DNA of 64,000 nucleotides from Candidatus Freyarchaeum deiterrae (GTDB lineage: Archaea > Asgardarchaeota > Jordiarchaeia > Jordiarchaeales > Jordiarchaeaceae). Positions within the stretch are counted from its first letter, which is position 1; every line of letters begins with the position of its first letter. The notes under the pieces are model-generated. The model had not been told where the DNA came from, made no database searches, and saw nothing but the letters and a program-made list of their open reading frames with translations. The position numbers and the translations under genes were made by a program. This document shows, in pieces, positions 1 through 9,804 of the stretch. The stretch lies in the NCBI GenBank assembly GCA_037305845.1, contig CP147778.1, forward strand, positions 736,001-800,000, in the 5' to 3' direction.

Positions 1-2
1 TT

Positions 3-569
3 CTCTACGTGCTCTACGATAACGAGGCGTACATGAACACGGGTGTTCAAAGGAGCGGAGGAACGCCCCGCGGAGCCGCAACAACCACGACGCCAGCGGG
101 CATAGTTGCACCTGGGAAAATTCAGTGCAAGAAGCCTATTGCAGACATAATCGTCGCCCACAGAGCACCCTATGTTGCCACAGCCTCACCATACTACTGG
201 GAAGACCTTATCACAAAAGCCAGAAGAGGAATGGAGGTGAAAGGACCAGCATTTCTGCACACACTCGCACCATGTCCGAGGGGATGGCAACACGACACGA
301 GCAAAACCATGGAAATCGCGCACCTGGCTGTGGAAACATGCATATTTCCATTGTGGGAAGCGATAAACGGCGAATATAGGCTGTCAGAACCGAGCAAGGC
401 CATAGCTCTAAACCCCGAGAAAAAGAAGCCAGTGAGAGACTATCTCAAAATGCAGGGACGCTTCAGTCACTTATTCACACCAAAATTCGAAGAGGTAATC
501 GACGAAATCCAAATGTCGACAGACGAAGAATGGGAGCGTTTACTCAAGAAATGTGAAAAGACTATTTAG
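3..569 (+). CDS. porB: Pyruvate/2-oxoacid:ferredoxin oxidoreductase beta subunit (5'-truncated by window edge)
   Basis: TPP-binding motif YDNEAYMNTGVQRS, APCPRGW and YLKMQGRFSHL; frame is open from base 3. Confidence 0.9.
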   Translation, partial: LYVLYDNEAYMNTGVQRSGGTPRGAATTTTPAGIVAPGKIQCKKPIADIIVAHRAPYVATASPYYWEDLITKARRGMEVKGPAFLHTLAPCPRGWQHDTSKTMEIAHLAVETCIFPLWEAINGEYRLSEPSKAIALNPEKKKPVRDYLKMQGRFSHLFTPKFEEVIDEIQMSTDEEWERLLKKCEKTI

Positions 570-743
570 AGTGGTACCGTTGATATCATTGCTCAGGTCA
601 CTCAACACAACCTTGATAAATTTTTAAAAACGGTTTCAGAAATTGATTTAGGGTGTCGAGGAAACTAGCGCCCATATTGTTGGGCTCGAAACCATAATAA
701 CCTGATTTGAAAAAGATTTTAGGGAATTTCATCTGCTTTGCAA

Positions 744-1616
744 TTAGAATCCGTGCTCGTTTATTATCCTAGCGATATCGGATGGTTTTTCGGCTATGTG
801 AATTCCTGCCTTTTTGAAGGCGTTTATTTTGCTTGATGCTGTGCCTTTTCCGCCTGATATTATGGCACCTGCGTGTCCCATTTTTTTTCCGGGAGGGGCT
901 GTTCTGCCGGCGATAAAGGCGATTATTGGTTTTTCGTATTTTGTTCTGGTGACATATTCTGCGGCTTCTTCTTCCATGGTGCCTCCTATTTCGCAAATAA
1001 GTGCTATCGCTCTGGTTTCTGAATCCTGCCTGAACATCTCGAGAACATCGATGTAATTTAGTCCGGTGACCTTATCCCCGCCTATTCCTAAACATGTTGA
1101 CTGGCCCTGTTTTGAAACTGTTAATTTAGACGCTATCTCGTAGCTAAGTGTGCCAGACCTGCTAATTAAACCTATATTTCCTCTACTGAATACATGGGTG
1201 GGCATGATTCCTAGTTTGAATTCGTTTGGGGTAATTATGCCGGGAGTGTTCGGTCCTATGATTTTGATGTTTTTCTTTCTGGCTTCTTCTAATACTATCA
1301 TTGAATCAAGCACCGGGATGCCTTCGGTAATTACCACTATGGGGCTGAGAGACTGTTCTATGGCCTCTAGAACCGCTTCCTTACAGAATCTTGCTGGAAC
1401 AAATATTATCGATGCTTCTGCATCATGGTTGGACAAAGCATCCTTAATCGAATCATAAACAGGTACGCCGTGAATTTCTTCCCCACCCTTGCCGGGAGTT
1501 ACGCCCGCAACAATTCTTGTTCCGTACTCTAGCATGAGTTTTGTGTGGAAACTTCCCTGGTTTCCGGTTATACCCTGGACGATCACTTTGGTGTTTTTAG
1601 CTGTCAGTATTGGCAT
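744..1616 (-). CDS. sucD: Succinyl-CoA synthetase alpha subunit
   Basis: QGITG, GVTPGKGG, IIGPNTPG, SRSGTL and phospho-His motif MGHAGA. Confidence 0.95.
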   Translation of the reverse strand: MPILTAKNTKVIVQGITGNQGSFHTKLMLEYGTRIVAGVTPGKGGEEIHGVPVYDSIKDALSNHDAEASIIFVPARFCKEAVLEAIEQSLSPIVVITEGIPVLDSMIVLEEARKKNIKIIGPNTPGIITPNEFKLGIMPTHVFSRGNIGLISRSGTLSYEIASKLTVSKQGQSTCLGIGGDKVTGLNYIDVLEMFRQDSETRAIALICEIGGTMEEEAAEYVTRTKYEKPIIAFIAGRTAPPGKKMGHAGAIISGGKGTASSKINAFKKAGIHIAEKPSDIARIINEHGF

Positions 1617-2750
1617 TTAATTCCTCCTTGATGTTTCCACAGCTTTTTGAGCCGCTTCCTCCATACTGTCGTATGTTTTTATTCCTATGTCTTCAAGAAG
1701 TTTCTTTCCTTCTTCTTCGTTGGTTCCTACCATTCTAACTACTAGTGGTTTCCTCGAGGGGCATTCATTAAGTGTATTAATTATCCCCATTGCTACCTCA
1801 TCGCAGCGTGTTATGCCTCCTAGGATATTTATGAAAACCATTTTTATTTTTTGATTTATGAGAAGAATTCTTAACGCCGCTGAGACATTATCTCTTGTGG
1901 CGCCTCCACCCAGATCAAGGAAATCAGCGGGTTTTCCACCGTAGAGAGAGATAATATCCATGGTAGCCATGATAAGACCCGCCCCGTTTCCCACTATCCC
2001 AATATCGCCATCCAATTCAACATAGTTTAGTCCTGCTTGGAGTGCCATGGACTCTGATTCAGAGCTGCACGCCAAAATGTCTTTTTTAAATTCAGGGTGT
2101 CTGAAGAGCGCGTTATCATCTATTATGATCTTAGCATCAAGGGCCACGAGTTCACCACTCTTTGTTTTGGCCAGAGGGTTCAACTCTACAAGTTCTGCAT
2201 CATAATTAACCATAATTTCCCATAATTTTTTTAGATATGATGAAACCTGTAAAAGTTCTCTTCCTTTAAGTCCTATCTGTTCAATCAGGTTTTTCGACTC
2301 TAAATCGCTTAGTCCAATTATAGGATAGATGTATTTTTTATGTATTCTTTCTGGATTTTTAATTGCGACCTCCGAAATGTCTACTCCGCCATATTTACTG
2401 GCTATGGCGACTGGCTTCTTAGCAGAACTGTCTACCGTTATTCCAATATATAATTCGTCTTCAGAATCGATCTTCTCCTCTATTAGTAGCTTTTCAATTT
2501 TACAGTTTTCTAGTTGTGTGTTAAGGAGCTCAGCTGCCTTATTACCGGCTTCTTGAGGGGCTTCGGCAAACTTTATTCCCCCCAATTTTCCTCTGCTCCC
2601 AATAGGAATTTGTGCTTTAACCACAACCGGACCGCCTAAACTCTTCGCGATTTTAACTGCTTCTTTAGGCGAACCTGCAACTGAACCCCTAGGCGTGGGG
2701 ATGCCGTATTCTCGTATTATTTTTTTACATTCGTACTCAACAAGTCGCAA
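1617..2750 (-). CDS. sucC: Succinyl-CoA synthetase beta subunit
   Basis: KAQIPIGSRGKLGGI, ELNPL, ALDAK, DDNALFRH, GNGAGL, FLDLGGGA, NILGGITRCD; abuts sucD. Confidence 0.95.
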   Translation of the reverse strand: MRLVEYECKKIIREYGIPTPRGSVAGSPKEAVKIAKSLGGPVVVKAQIPIGSRGKLGGIKFAEAPQEAGNKAAELLNTQLENCKIEKLLIEEKIDSEDELYIGITVDSSAKKPVAIASKYGGVDISEVAIKNPERIHKKYIYPIIGLSDLESKNLIEQIGLKGRELLQVSSYLKKLWEIMVNYDAELVELNPLAKTKSGELVALDAKIIIDDNALFRHPEFKKDILACSSESESMALQAGLNYVELDGDIGIVGNGAGLIMATMDIISLYGGKPADFLDLGGGATRDNVSAALRILLINQKIKMVFINILGGITRCDEVAMGIINTLNECPSRKPLVVRMVGTNEEEGKKLLEDIGIKTYDSMEEAAQKAVETSRRN

Positions 2751-2958
2751 CTATTACCATCTGCCAAAACTGTTTTTTAAAAATTAAAAACGGGTACAGA
2801 ATTCTTCAATCTCAAATCTCCTCTCCACATGAATATTCCTAGCAACGCCAGTATTTCAATTTTGTCAACATGTGGTGGTATTGTCTACTTGAAATCGTCA
2901 GGAGACGCGAAGCTTTTTATGTTTGGTCTTCCAGCTTTATTCGAGGTTTGGATACACC

Positions 2959-3243
2959 ATGGTTGAAAAGAAGTTCAAATTATCTGCACATATAAGTAGT
3001 GATAATCCGTCAGCAATCAAACCAGTACTTGAACGAGTTATAGGAAGTAAGGGAACCGTTAAGCCTACGAGTGATGGTTTCGAAGTCAACGCGGATCTCG
3101 TTGGAGAGAACGCCAGAGACCTGAACCGCTCGCTACTTTCGGAGCTGCGTAAGGTTGTGAAGAAGACCAGACTCCGCGCAGAATGGACTTCGGGCAATAC
3201 AACTGAGAGGTTCTTCGATTATAGTGCGCGCTCTAAAAAATAG
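2959..3243 (+). CDS. Small conserved hypothetical protein
   Basis: Globular-looking ~94 aa ORF (ARDLNRSLLSELRK, TRLRAEWT, RFFDY); ATG at 2959 preferred over the upstream TTG. Confidence 0.7.
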   Translation: MVEKKFKLSAHISSDNPSAIKPVLERVIGSKGTVKPTSDGFEVNADLVGENARDLNRSLLSELRKVVKKTRLRAEWTSGNTTERFFDYSARSKK

Positions 3244-3379
3244 ATAGTGTCAATTTATGGTTAATGTTGGCAGTAATAATATTTACTATGAGATTCGTGG
3301 AGAGGATTTCCTCTTGTTACTATAAGCGGGGCAGCTGCCGATGTGGATTGAGAGCTTTTACACCCTATTTTGGATTTTT

Positions 3380-3718
3380 TTATAGTAGTGGTAGTAGGTG
3401 GACGAGTGATGTAGTGTATGTTGTGGGGTTTTGGGTTAACCATTGGTTTATGAGTTGGTATAAGTATAGTGCGACGTAGTCACTTATTCCGCCCATGATG
3501 TCTGTTATTAGGGGGATTATGGTTTGCCATTCTGCTGATACTCCGATTAATATTAGGCTGACTGCTATTCCTATCAGGTTTCCTGTGCGGTGGTGGGAGA
3601 GGGTAATCATCACCAGGTTTAGGATGAGGAGTCCTATTCCTGCGACTAGTGTTAGTCCGAAGAGCAGGCTGAGCAGGCTCTGCACGATGGGGTTGAACAG
3701 AATCCAGTATGTGCTCAT
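3380..3718 (-). CDS. Small membrane protein (2-3 hydrophobic helices)
   Basis: Purine-rich SD (GGAGGGAGAGG) upstream; hydrophobic helical hairpin. Confidence 0.7.
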   Translation of the reverse strand: MSTYWILFNPIVQSLLSLLFGLTLVAGIGLLILNLVMITLSHHRTGNLIGIAVSLILIGVSAEWQTIIPLITDIMGGISDYVALYLYQLINQWLTQNPTTYTTSLVHLLPLL

Positions 3719-3922
3719 AACAAAAGCCTCTCCCTCCTATTCCAAGCTTGGGTATATGAACACCACGAAGTTTAAAACTCGAAAGAACCGAGAACCGAAG
3801 CTCACTCCCCGCTAAACGATGGGCATCTTGGGTGATTTAAAAATAGAGGATGTTGTGAGTTGGGAGAGAGAGAAGAAGATTTTTGGGGAGAGTTTAGGTT
3901 TGGGTTGTTGTGGCGGGGATTC

Positions 3923-4135
3923 TCATTTTTCTGGTTTGACTATTAGGTATCCTTGGTCTATGAGCCAGTGGTGGAATTGGTAGGTTGTGTATTTGCATTT
4001 GTTTTTACAAGTGTCTCTGATTTTTTCGTATTCTTTGGTGCCTTCTTTCTTGGTTTCGAGTTCTAATTGAGTGGGACATTTTACGTCTTTGCAGAACTCT
4101 CTTCTTTTATAATCCGCGTAACCCGGAATTGACAT
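3923..4135 (-). CDS. Small Cys/His-rich putative metal-binding protein
   Basis: CKDVKC...CKNKC...FHHWL; 70 aa. Confidence 0.75.
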   Translation of the reverse strand: MSIPGYADYKRREFCKDVKCPTQLELETKKEGTKEYEKIRDTCKNKCKYTTYQFHHWLIDQGYLIVKPEK

Positions 4136-4266
4136 ATTAAATTCACTTCACGCCTGTTCTGGATGCTGGTTGTTTATCGTTCACTATTTTGTGTTTTGTT
4201 ATAAAAGTTTCTGTGGATGGTGATTGTTATCTGGTCTAATTGATGTATGCTGTATTCTTTGGGGAT

Positions 4267-5511
4267 TCATGTTTTTTGGTAGCATAGTAGGTGGACTAGC
4301 TCTTTTGCGTATTTGACCATGTCTTCCGTGTTTATGCTTTCGTCTGCTCCGTGGAAGTTGGATAGTAGGTCGCCTACTCCCATGATTGCTATGTCGTGTC
4401 CTTTTTGGGCTACGTATCCCATGTCTGATGCGCCGGATCCGCCTATGAAGAGGGCGTCTTTGCCGGTTACGTGTTTTACGGCTTCTGCGAGTTTTTTTAC
4501 TATGGGTTTGTCGGGTGTGGTTTTGTAGGGTTTGTATATTTTTATGACGTTGGGCTCTATTGCGAGTGCTTTGGTTTTGGCTTTTGCTGCTTGGACTGTT
4601 TCTAGGAATTCGGCTACTACTTCTTCTTCGTTTTCTTCTGGGATGTATCTTCGGTCTATGGTGATTTTGCATTCGCTGGGGATGATGTTGTCTTTGATTC
4701 CGCCGTGTATCACGTTTATGGAGAATAGGGGCATCATTCTGTCTCCGAGTGGTGTGGGTATGCCGGGCACTTTTGATCTTCTGGGCATGATTTTTTCTTT
4801 GAGTTTTAGGAGTTCCTCTAGGACGGGTACTGTGTTTTCTATGGCGTTTACAGCGTTGAAGAACATCATGGTGTGTGCGGATTTTCCCTTTACTGTGACG
4901 TCGAACTGCATTGCCCCGGCGGTTCCTATGCTTATTACTTGGTGGACTCCTTCGCCGCATATTACGTCGCCTTTGATGTAGTCTTTGTCTGCTAGGTAGT
5001 AGACTCCGGGGTAGACTCCGATTTCTTCGTCTGTGCACATTACGCAGATTATGTTATAGTTGGGTTTTAGTCCGAGTTCTTGTATCACTTTGAGGGCGAG
5101 GAGGAGTGTGGCTATGAATCCTTTCATGTCGCTGGTGCCCCTTCCGTAAATTCTGCCTTCCTTAACTATTCCCTCGAAGGGTGGGGCATTCCACTTTTCC
5201 TCTACGGGTACAACGTCTGTGTGAGCATAGAAGGTTAGGAAGGGCTTGTTACCAGCGCTTTTTTTGCTGGCTACGAGATTTACGCGGGGACCCTCCAGGG
5301 GTATGGGAATTTCCTTAACCTTGTTTTCCGGTACGGTTACCCTCTCGGTTTTGAAGCCGAGCTCAGAAAATTGGGGTTCGAGAAAGCTAACAATTTCCCC
5401 ATAGTTATTACCGGGAGGTACAACTGTCTTAATCTTGACTAAATCTTGTAGAATGTGTATTCCTTCATCCGTAAGTTTTTCAACAAGCTTAAAGGCCTCG
5501 TTCTCGCTCAA
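4267..5511 (-). CDS. M20 family metallopeptidase/deacylase (ArgE/DapE-like)
   Basis: HTDVVP, GRGTSDMKG, DEEIG, GKSAH, FHGADE. Confidence 0.92.
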   Translation of the reverse strand: MSENEAFKLVEKLTDEGIHILQDLVKIKTVVPPGNNYGEIVSFLEPQFSELGFKTERVTVPENKVKEIPIPLEGPRVNLVASKKSAGNKPFLTFYAHTDVVPVEEKWNAPPFEGIVKEGRIYGRGTSDMKGFIATLLLALKVIQELGLKPNYNIICVMCTDEEIGVYPGVYYLADKDYIKGDVICGEGVHQVISIGTAGAMQFDVTVKGKSAHTMMFFNAVNAIENTVPVLEELLKLKEKIMPRRSKVPGIPTPLGDRMMPLFSINVIHGGIKDNIIPSECKITIDRRYIPEENEEEVVAEFLETVQAAKAKTKALAIEPNVIKIYKPYKTTPDKPIVKKLAEAVKHVTGKDALFIGGSGASDMGYVAQKGHDIAIMGVGDLLSNFHGADESINTEDMVKYAKELVHLLCYQKT

Positions 5512-5821
5512 AATAGTTACACCCCATTACAAAATTCTTCGAATCAGATTGAATTATAATATCCCATTTATAACACTTCTTAAATAAAACTTTTTAAAGA
5601 AAAATGTTTGCCTCAAAATTATTGTGTGAACCATTGATTATTTATAATTCTGAAAACGAAAAAGTTTCATAAAATTTTTGGGAATCGAATCATGTCTATT
5701 TCTACGCACCATGAATTTGCCCACAATAAGTGACGCTAGGTTAATTATGCCTTGAGATTGATGCAGTTTACACACACCAAAATCTTTTTAGCCCAAAAAA
5801 AAGATAATATTAAGCCGGGAG

Positions 5822-6229
5822 ATGAAATTGACAATGTCTAAAAAGCAACCAGTAACCCCGCAAGCTTGGACGTACAATGCGAAGTATCTCGGGGGGCACG
5901 CTGCATTTGCCAAGGACGCTGTAGGTATACTTTACCTGTACCCAGGACCAGATTTCAAGGTTGTCTTTGAATCAAAGACAGTCAATATACAAATTCCCTT
6001 GAGCAGTGTAACAGATTCCAAGATCGTTACGGAGAAAGAACTCAGCGCAGCTCGAGTTTTTCTGGTGGGAATATTAGCTTTTGCCTGGAAAAAGAAGAAT
6101 AGGATGTTACTTGTCGAATTCAAAGATAACCTAGGCAGTACTCAAACCCCCGTCTTTGAACCACAAAAAGTAGATGAGGTTGCAAGCAAGCTATACGAGA
6201 TGAGACAACAGTTGAAAATGAAGTCCTAG
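5822..6229 (+). CDS. Hypothetical protein, probable PH-like fold
   Basis: KYLGGH start, beta-strand pattern, short hydrophobic hairpin (VFLVGILAFAWKKK), C-terminal helix. Confidence 0.65.
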   Translation: MKLTMSKKQPVTPQAWTYNAKYLGGHAAFAKDAVGILYLYPGPDFKVVFESKTVNIQIPLSSVTDSKIVTEKELSAARVFLVGILAFAWKKKNRMLLVEFKDNLGSTQTPVFEPQKVDEVASKLYEMRQQLKMKS

Positions 6230-6676
6230 GCGTTTCTGTGAATTGTTACTGACAGACAGAATTTTTACTTTAGCAATTAGGATAAAGAGATGTTTACGTA
6301 TAGCTACCTCATTTCTTTCAATTTTTTTCCTCTTTACGGCACCGTTTAGTATTGCTATCGCAGGAGGATTACTCTTTATCTCAATTCTGAGAGTGGATCT
6401 CATATCTGATTTAGGGTTTTAAACTTGAAACAGGAATAAGTTGAAGATTTTAATTATGTGGCTTTCCTCCGTCGATTTGAAGTTACTGGGTTTTGTTTCT
6501 TTTTTGGGGTTTAAATCGTGAAAGAAGCTAAGCCTCCTCTTTTGCGGAAAACAAACAATTACACATATCATATTGAGAAACTACATATTCACTACATTTT
6601 TATGATGAGGCTTAATTTTTGTTTGGGGAAATATATTTAAAAAATTATTGGCAGATATTACTCAGAGGCGGGAAAA

Positions 6677-7147
6677 TTGAGTACTAAAGACCCAAGAAAA
6701 ATTGACATTGAAAGGCTGATTCATCTCGTTGAGGCGAATCTAGGTAACTGGAAGCCGAGTTCTATTGTTATAGTGGATATTAATTTTAAAATCTGGGGTG
6801 AAAAGGGGGAGTTCCCCGAGAGCGCATTGAAATTCTACCGCAAATTCCCTTTCACGGAAATGCATGTGGGAGACACGGTGCACAACGAGAGTAGCTTCAT
6901 GATGAAGGTTACTGATAAAACGGCTGTACTAATCGGTATGCGGGATTCTCACATTGCGAGACTTTCTGCAACTAACCTGAGGGGTAGGATAAACGCCCTA
7001 TCAGAGTTCGTGATCCTGGAAGACTACATAGAAGAAAAAGGAAGTACTGAAGCAAGCGGAAAAAAAGAAAAGTTTAAAAAGATGGAAGATTCGTTGGACA
7101 AAATGGATGAAATGTTTAAGAACGCCGACAGACTTTTCCAAGATTGA
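6677..7147 (+). CDS. Hypothetical protein, paralog of the ORF at 63683-64000
   Basis: SD GAGG and TTG start; shares KIWGEKG, DSHI and NL.GR.NALS with the terminal ORF. Confidence 0.8.
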   Translation: MSTKDPRKIDIERLIHLVEANLGNWKPSSIVIVDINFKIWGEKGEFPESALKFYRKFPFTEMHVGDTVHNESSFMMKVTDKTAVLIGMRDSHIARLSATNLRGRINALSEFVILEDYIEEKGSTEASGKKEKFKKMEDSLDKMDEMFKNADRLFQD

Positions 7148-7216
7148 CAACAACAACTCGTATTATAGTGCAGTTTGGAAGAAAGCGGCAGAGGTTGAGG
7201 TTCTTTTTTGCTTTGA

Positions 7217-7909
7217 TTAGCGTGAGTATTGTATGAGGTAGCCTTCTATGTATTTTTTTACTTTGTCTGCGGGTTGGTAGACTCCGAAGTGTCCTTCGCA
7301 GAGTATGTCTGCTTTTAGGTTGATTAGCTTCTCCATGGATTCCCTGTACTGTTCGAGGTCTGCTCCCCATTCGGGTATGAGGGGTCCGTGAATGTCCTGT
7401 CCGAATAGGACGCGTTTTCCCTTTGTGTCCAGGACTATGGATATGCCGCCGGGGGTGTGTCCCGGGGTGTGTATTAGGTTGAATTCGAGGTTGCCGAATG
7501 TGAGTCTGGTTTCGGGCTGGGTTAGTTTTAGGTCAACGGTACATGGCTCTAGTTTTATGCCGTAGGATTTGGCTCCCGTTAGGAATTGTTCTCCTTTTTC
7601 TATGTCTTGGGCGTCTAACTCGTGGGCTATGACCTCACAGCCGTAGTTTCTTCTGAATTTTGCAGCAGCGCCTATGTGGTCTATGTGTTTGTGGGTGAGG
7701 ATTAGGGCTTGGAGGTTGGTGAGTTTGAAGCCGAGTGTTTCAGCGTTCTTAACGAGAAGGTTGAAGCTTGCTCCCGCTCCCGAGTCTATTAGAACGAGTT
7801 CTTCTCCTTTTCCGCAGTCTACTAGGTAAATGCTGCAGTCGGCGCTGTTTGTAAGGGACGAGCTTCCTAGAAGGTATACTCCGCCGTATATTTCGTAGGG
7901 TTTTTCCAA
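7217..7909 (-). CDS. MBL-fold metallo-hydrolase
   Basis: THKHIDHIG, TPGHTPG, LCEGH. Confidence 0.92.
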   Translation of the reverse strand: MEKPYEIYGGVYLLGSSSLTNSADCSIYLVDCGKGEELVLIDSGAGASFNLLVKNAETLGFKLTNLQALILTHKHIDHIGAAAKFRRNYGCEVIAHELDAQDIEKGEQFLTGAKSYGIKLEPCTVDLKLTQPETRLTFGNLEFNLIHTPGHTPGGISIVLDTKGKRVLFGQDIHGPLIPEWGADLEQYRESMEKLINLKADILCEGHFGVYQPADKVKKYIEGYLIQYSR

Positions 7910-8038
7910 TTTCGAAACCTCAAATACTAATATTAAGTTAAGTAAAAAAATACTTTAATTTTATTGAGTTTAAGAAAGGGGGAGAATAGTTTTTGTTAGT
8001 TTTATGGTTCGCTTTGTATATTGTTTTTTGGTGTTAGA

Positions 8039-8767
8039 TTATTTTTTGGATTTGGGTGAGATTTGTTTTACTGGTACTCCGGCCCATATGGTGTTCGGTG
8101 GGATTTTGGTGTCTCTTGGTACGAAGGAATATGCGGCGATAATTGCGCCTTCTCCTATCTCTGCTCCGGGGAATACGAGGGAGTTGACTCCTATTACTGC
8201 TCCGTCGCCGATTTTTATTTTTTTGAGGTACAGGTTGTCTTCTTCCGAAATGTGAGGTAATATTAATGAACCTGCTCCTCCTACTGAGCTTTTGCCCATT
8301 TCTACTAGGTAGGGGTCGGAAATCAGGTTTGCAGTGGCGCCTGGTCCCATTTTGCATTTTAAGAATTTGTAGACGCGTGTGTTGAAGAGGTATTGTCCTA
8401 GTGGGGGGTCTCCCATAAATTTTCTTGCGGAGCTGGTTAGCATCGCGTTTATCATCCAGTTTCTCACATTCTTGTTTTTCATATCAACCGGGTGAGTTCC
8501 CTCCTCGAGGGGTTTTAGCTGGGCTCTGGCTACAGCTAGAAATGTTAGGTTGAAAACCCATTTTGCTAGAATATAATAGAGCGGGGTTAACCCAAGCAGT
8601 AACCACATTGGTACTGGTAGATTAAAATAGTTAATAATGAAGTATGAAGCATACGAAAGTAGTACCGGGGGTATTAGGCTGATTACCCCAGAAAGTATAA
8701 TTGAACCAGCCAGTCTTCCCACCAGCCTGGGGGGCTTCCTCAATTTCTCTTTTTCAATCTTGTGCAT
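8039..8767 (-). CDS. Membrane-anchored hexapeptide-repeat (left-handed beta-helix) acyltransferase-like protein
   Basis: Two N-terminal TM helices; IKIGDGAVIGVNSLVFPGAEIGEGAIIAA...WAGVP. Confidence 0.8.
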   Translation of the reverse strand: MHKIEKEKLRKPPRLVGRLAGSIILSGVISLIPPVLLSYASYFIINYFNLPVPMWLLLGLTPLYYILAKWVFNLTFLAVARAQLKPLEEGTHPVDMKNKNVRNWMINAMLTSSARKFMGDPPLGQYLFNTRVYKFLKCKMGPGATANLISDPYLVEMGKSSVGGAGSLILPHISEEDNLYLKKIKIGDGAVIGVNSLVFPGAEIGEGAIIAAYSFVPRDTKIPPNTIWAGVPVKQISPKSKK

Positions 8768-8819
8768 TGATACTTACACCTCCAATAACTTCAGAAACAT
8801 TCACTCATTCACTACTAAC

Positions 8820-8843
8820 TAATTAATTAATTAATTAATTAAT
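8820..8843. repeat. (TAAT)6 self-complementary microsatellite
   Basis: taattaattaattaattaattaat read directly. Confidence 0.9.
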
Positions 8844-9053
8844 GGTTGGATAAGGTTCTCTTTCAAGCAATTGTAGTTAAATTTTTACATTGTGAAAGAT
8901 AGTTTCACCTTTAATATAAATAATACGCTATCACAAAAATAGAAAGAACTTGTAGACGATTGATTTTCCTGTTTTTTCCACGAATGTTTTTCAATTATTT
9001 GAGAAATAGAAGTTAATAGAAAAATAGTTTCCAGAAGTTATTTTTTAGAAGGT

Positions 9054-9482
9054 TTAATCGGATAGGGTTCGGAGTACTTCTTCAACATCGGATTCTAATG
9101 GTCCGCGTTTTTTGTGCATCTTCTCAACTTCGGGTACGAATTCTCTAAAGATTCTAATATTGCCATCCCAATTCTCAAAAACCTGGCCGAACTTTTTGTC
9201 AAACGCTTCTTCTACTTCCTTTCCGAATCTTTTAGCCTCCTCCTCCGTGTCACCTGCAGCAACCACTATCACGTCTTTAGAAAAGGCGAAGACAATTTTC
9301 ATTTCGCCAATAATTATGCTGATAGTGGTAAGTTCACCGACATTCTGTTTCGCCATCTCAGAAACCGCTGAGAATAGCCCTCCCAAGAGTACTGGATCAC
9401 TCTCAGATATTTTCAGTTTTTGGAAAGCAATGTTCAGGAGGGGTTCCCCCGTGATTTTGAGAATCCAAACAGCGTAAATCAT
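9054..9482 (-). CDS. Stand-alone longin-like domain protein
   Basis: MIYAVWILKITGEPL, DPVLLGGLFSAV, AFDKKF..WDGNIRIFREF; pattern of adaptin sigma/TRAPP-type longins. Confidence 0.75.
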   Translation of the reverse strand: MIYAVWILKITGEPLLNIAFQKLKISESDPVLLGGLFSAVSEMAKQNVGELTTISIIIGEMKIVFAFSKDVIVVAAGDTEEEAKRFGKEVEEAFDKKFGQVFENWDGNIRIFREFVPEVEKMHKKRGPLESDVEEVLRTLSD

Positions 9483-9724
9483 TATTCATTTCCTCGTTCA
9501 CTATTATGAGAAGTTGATGGATGAGGCTTCCATCCAGATAAAGTTATTCATAGCACCATGTAGTAGCTTGCTACACTCACCGTCATCCACAATATTTTAC
9601 CAGTTAATGTTTATTAAACTTTTTGCAATATTTTTTTATAGAAGCTACAAGGAACCTATTCTGTTGTTCAGAATAATAATTAGTTTTTAGGCGATATAAA
9701 GTTTAATTCTTGTAAAAGTTGTCC

Positions 9725-9804
9725 GGATGCGCCGAGTAGGGTGGTAAAATTAGTTTGGGGGAGAAGAGAGGTGTGGAGAAAAACTATATCTTCTCAGCGC
9801 ATCC
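9725..9804. ncRNA. Candidate small RNA closed by a 12-bp terminal stem
   Basis: GGATGCGCCGAG (9725-36) / CTCAGCGCATCC (9793-9804); TTTATATA on the minus strand at 9829-36. Confidence 0.4.

Noticed and set aside
4199-5038. Long alternative-frame/antisense ORFs (also 34637-35467, 28245-28898, 52256-52864)
   Set aside because: They overlap well-supported genes and are explained by codon bias.
6191-6420. Short ORFs on either strand
   Set aside because: No SD, motif or other support; left uncalled.
9516-9574. Fluoride riboswitch-like GATGG-ATGAGGCTT-CCATC
   Set aside because: The 3' GATG..CTCTAC part is poorly matched and no fluoride-related gene follows.
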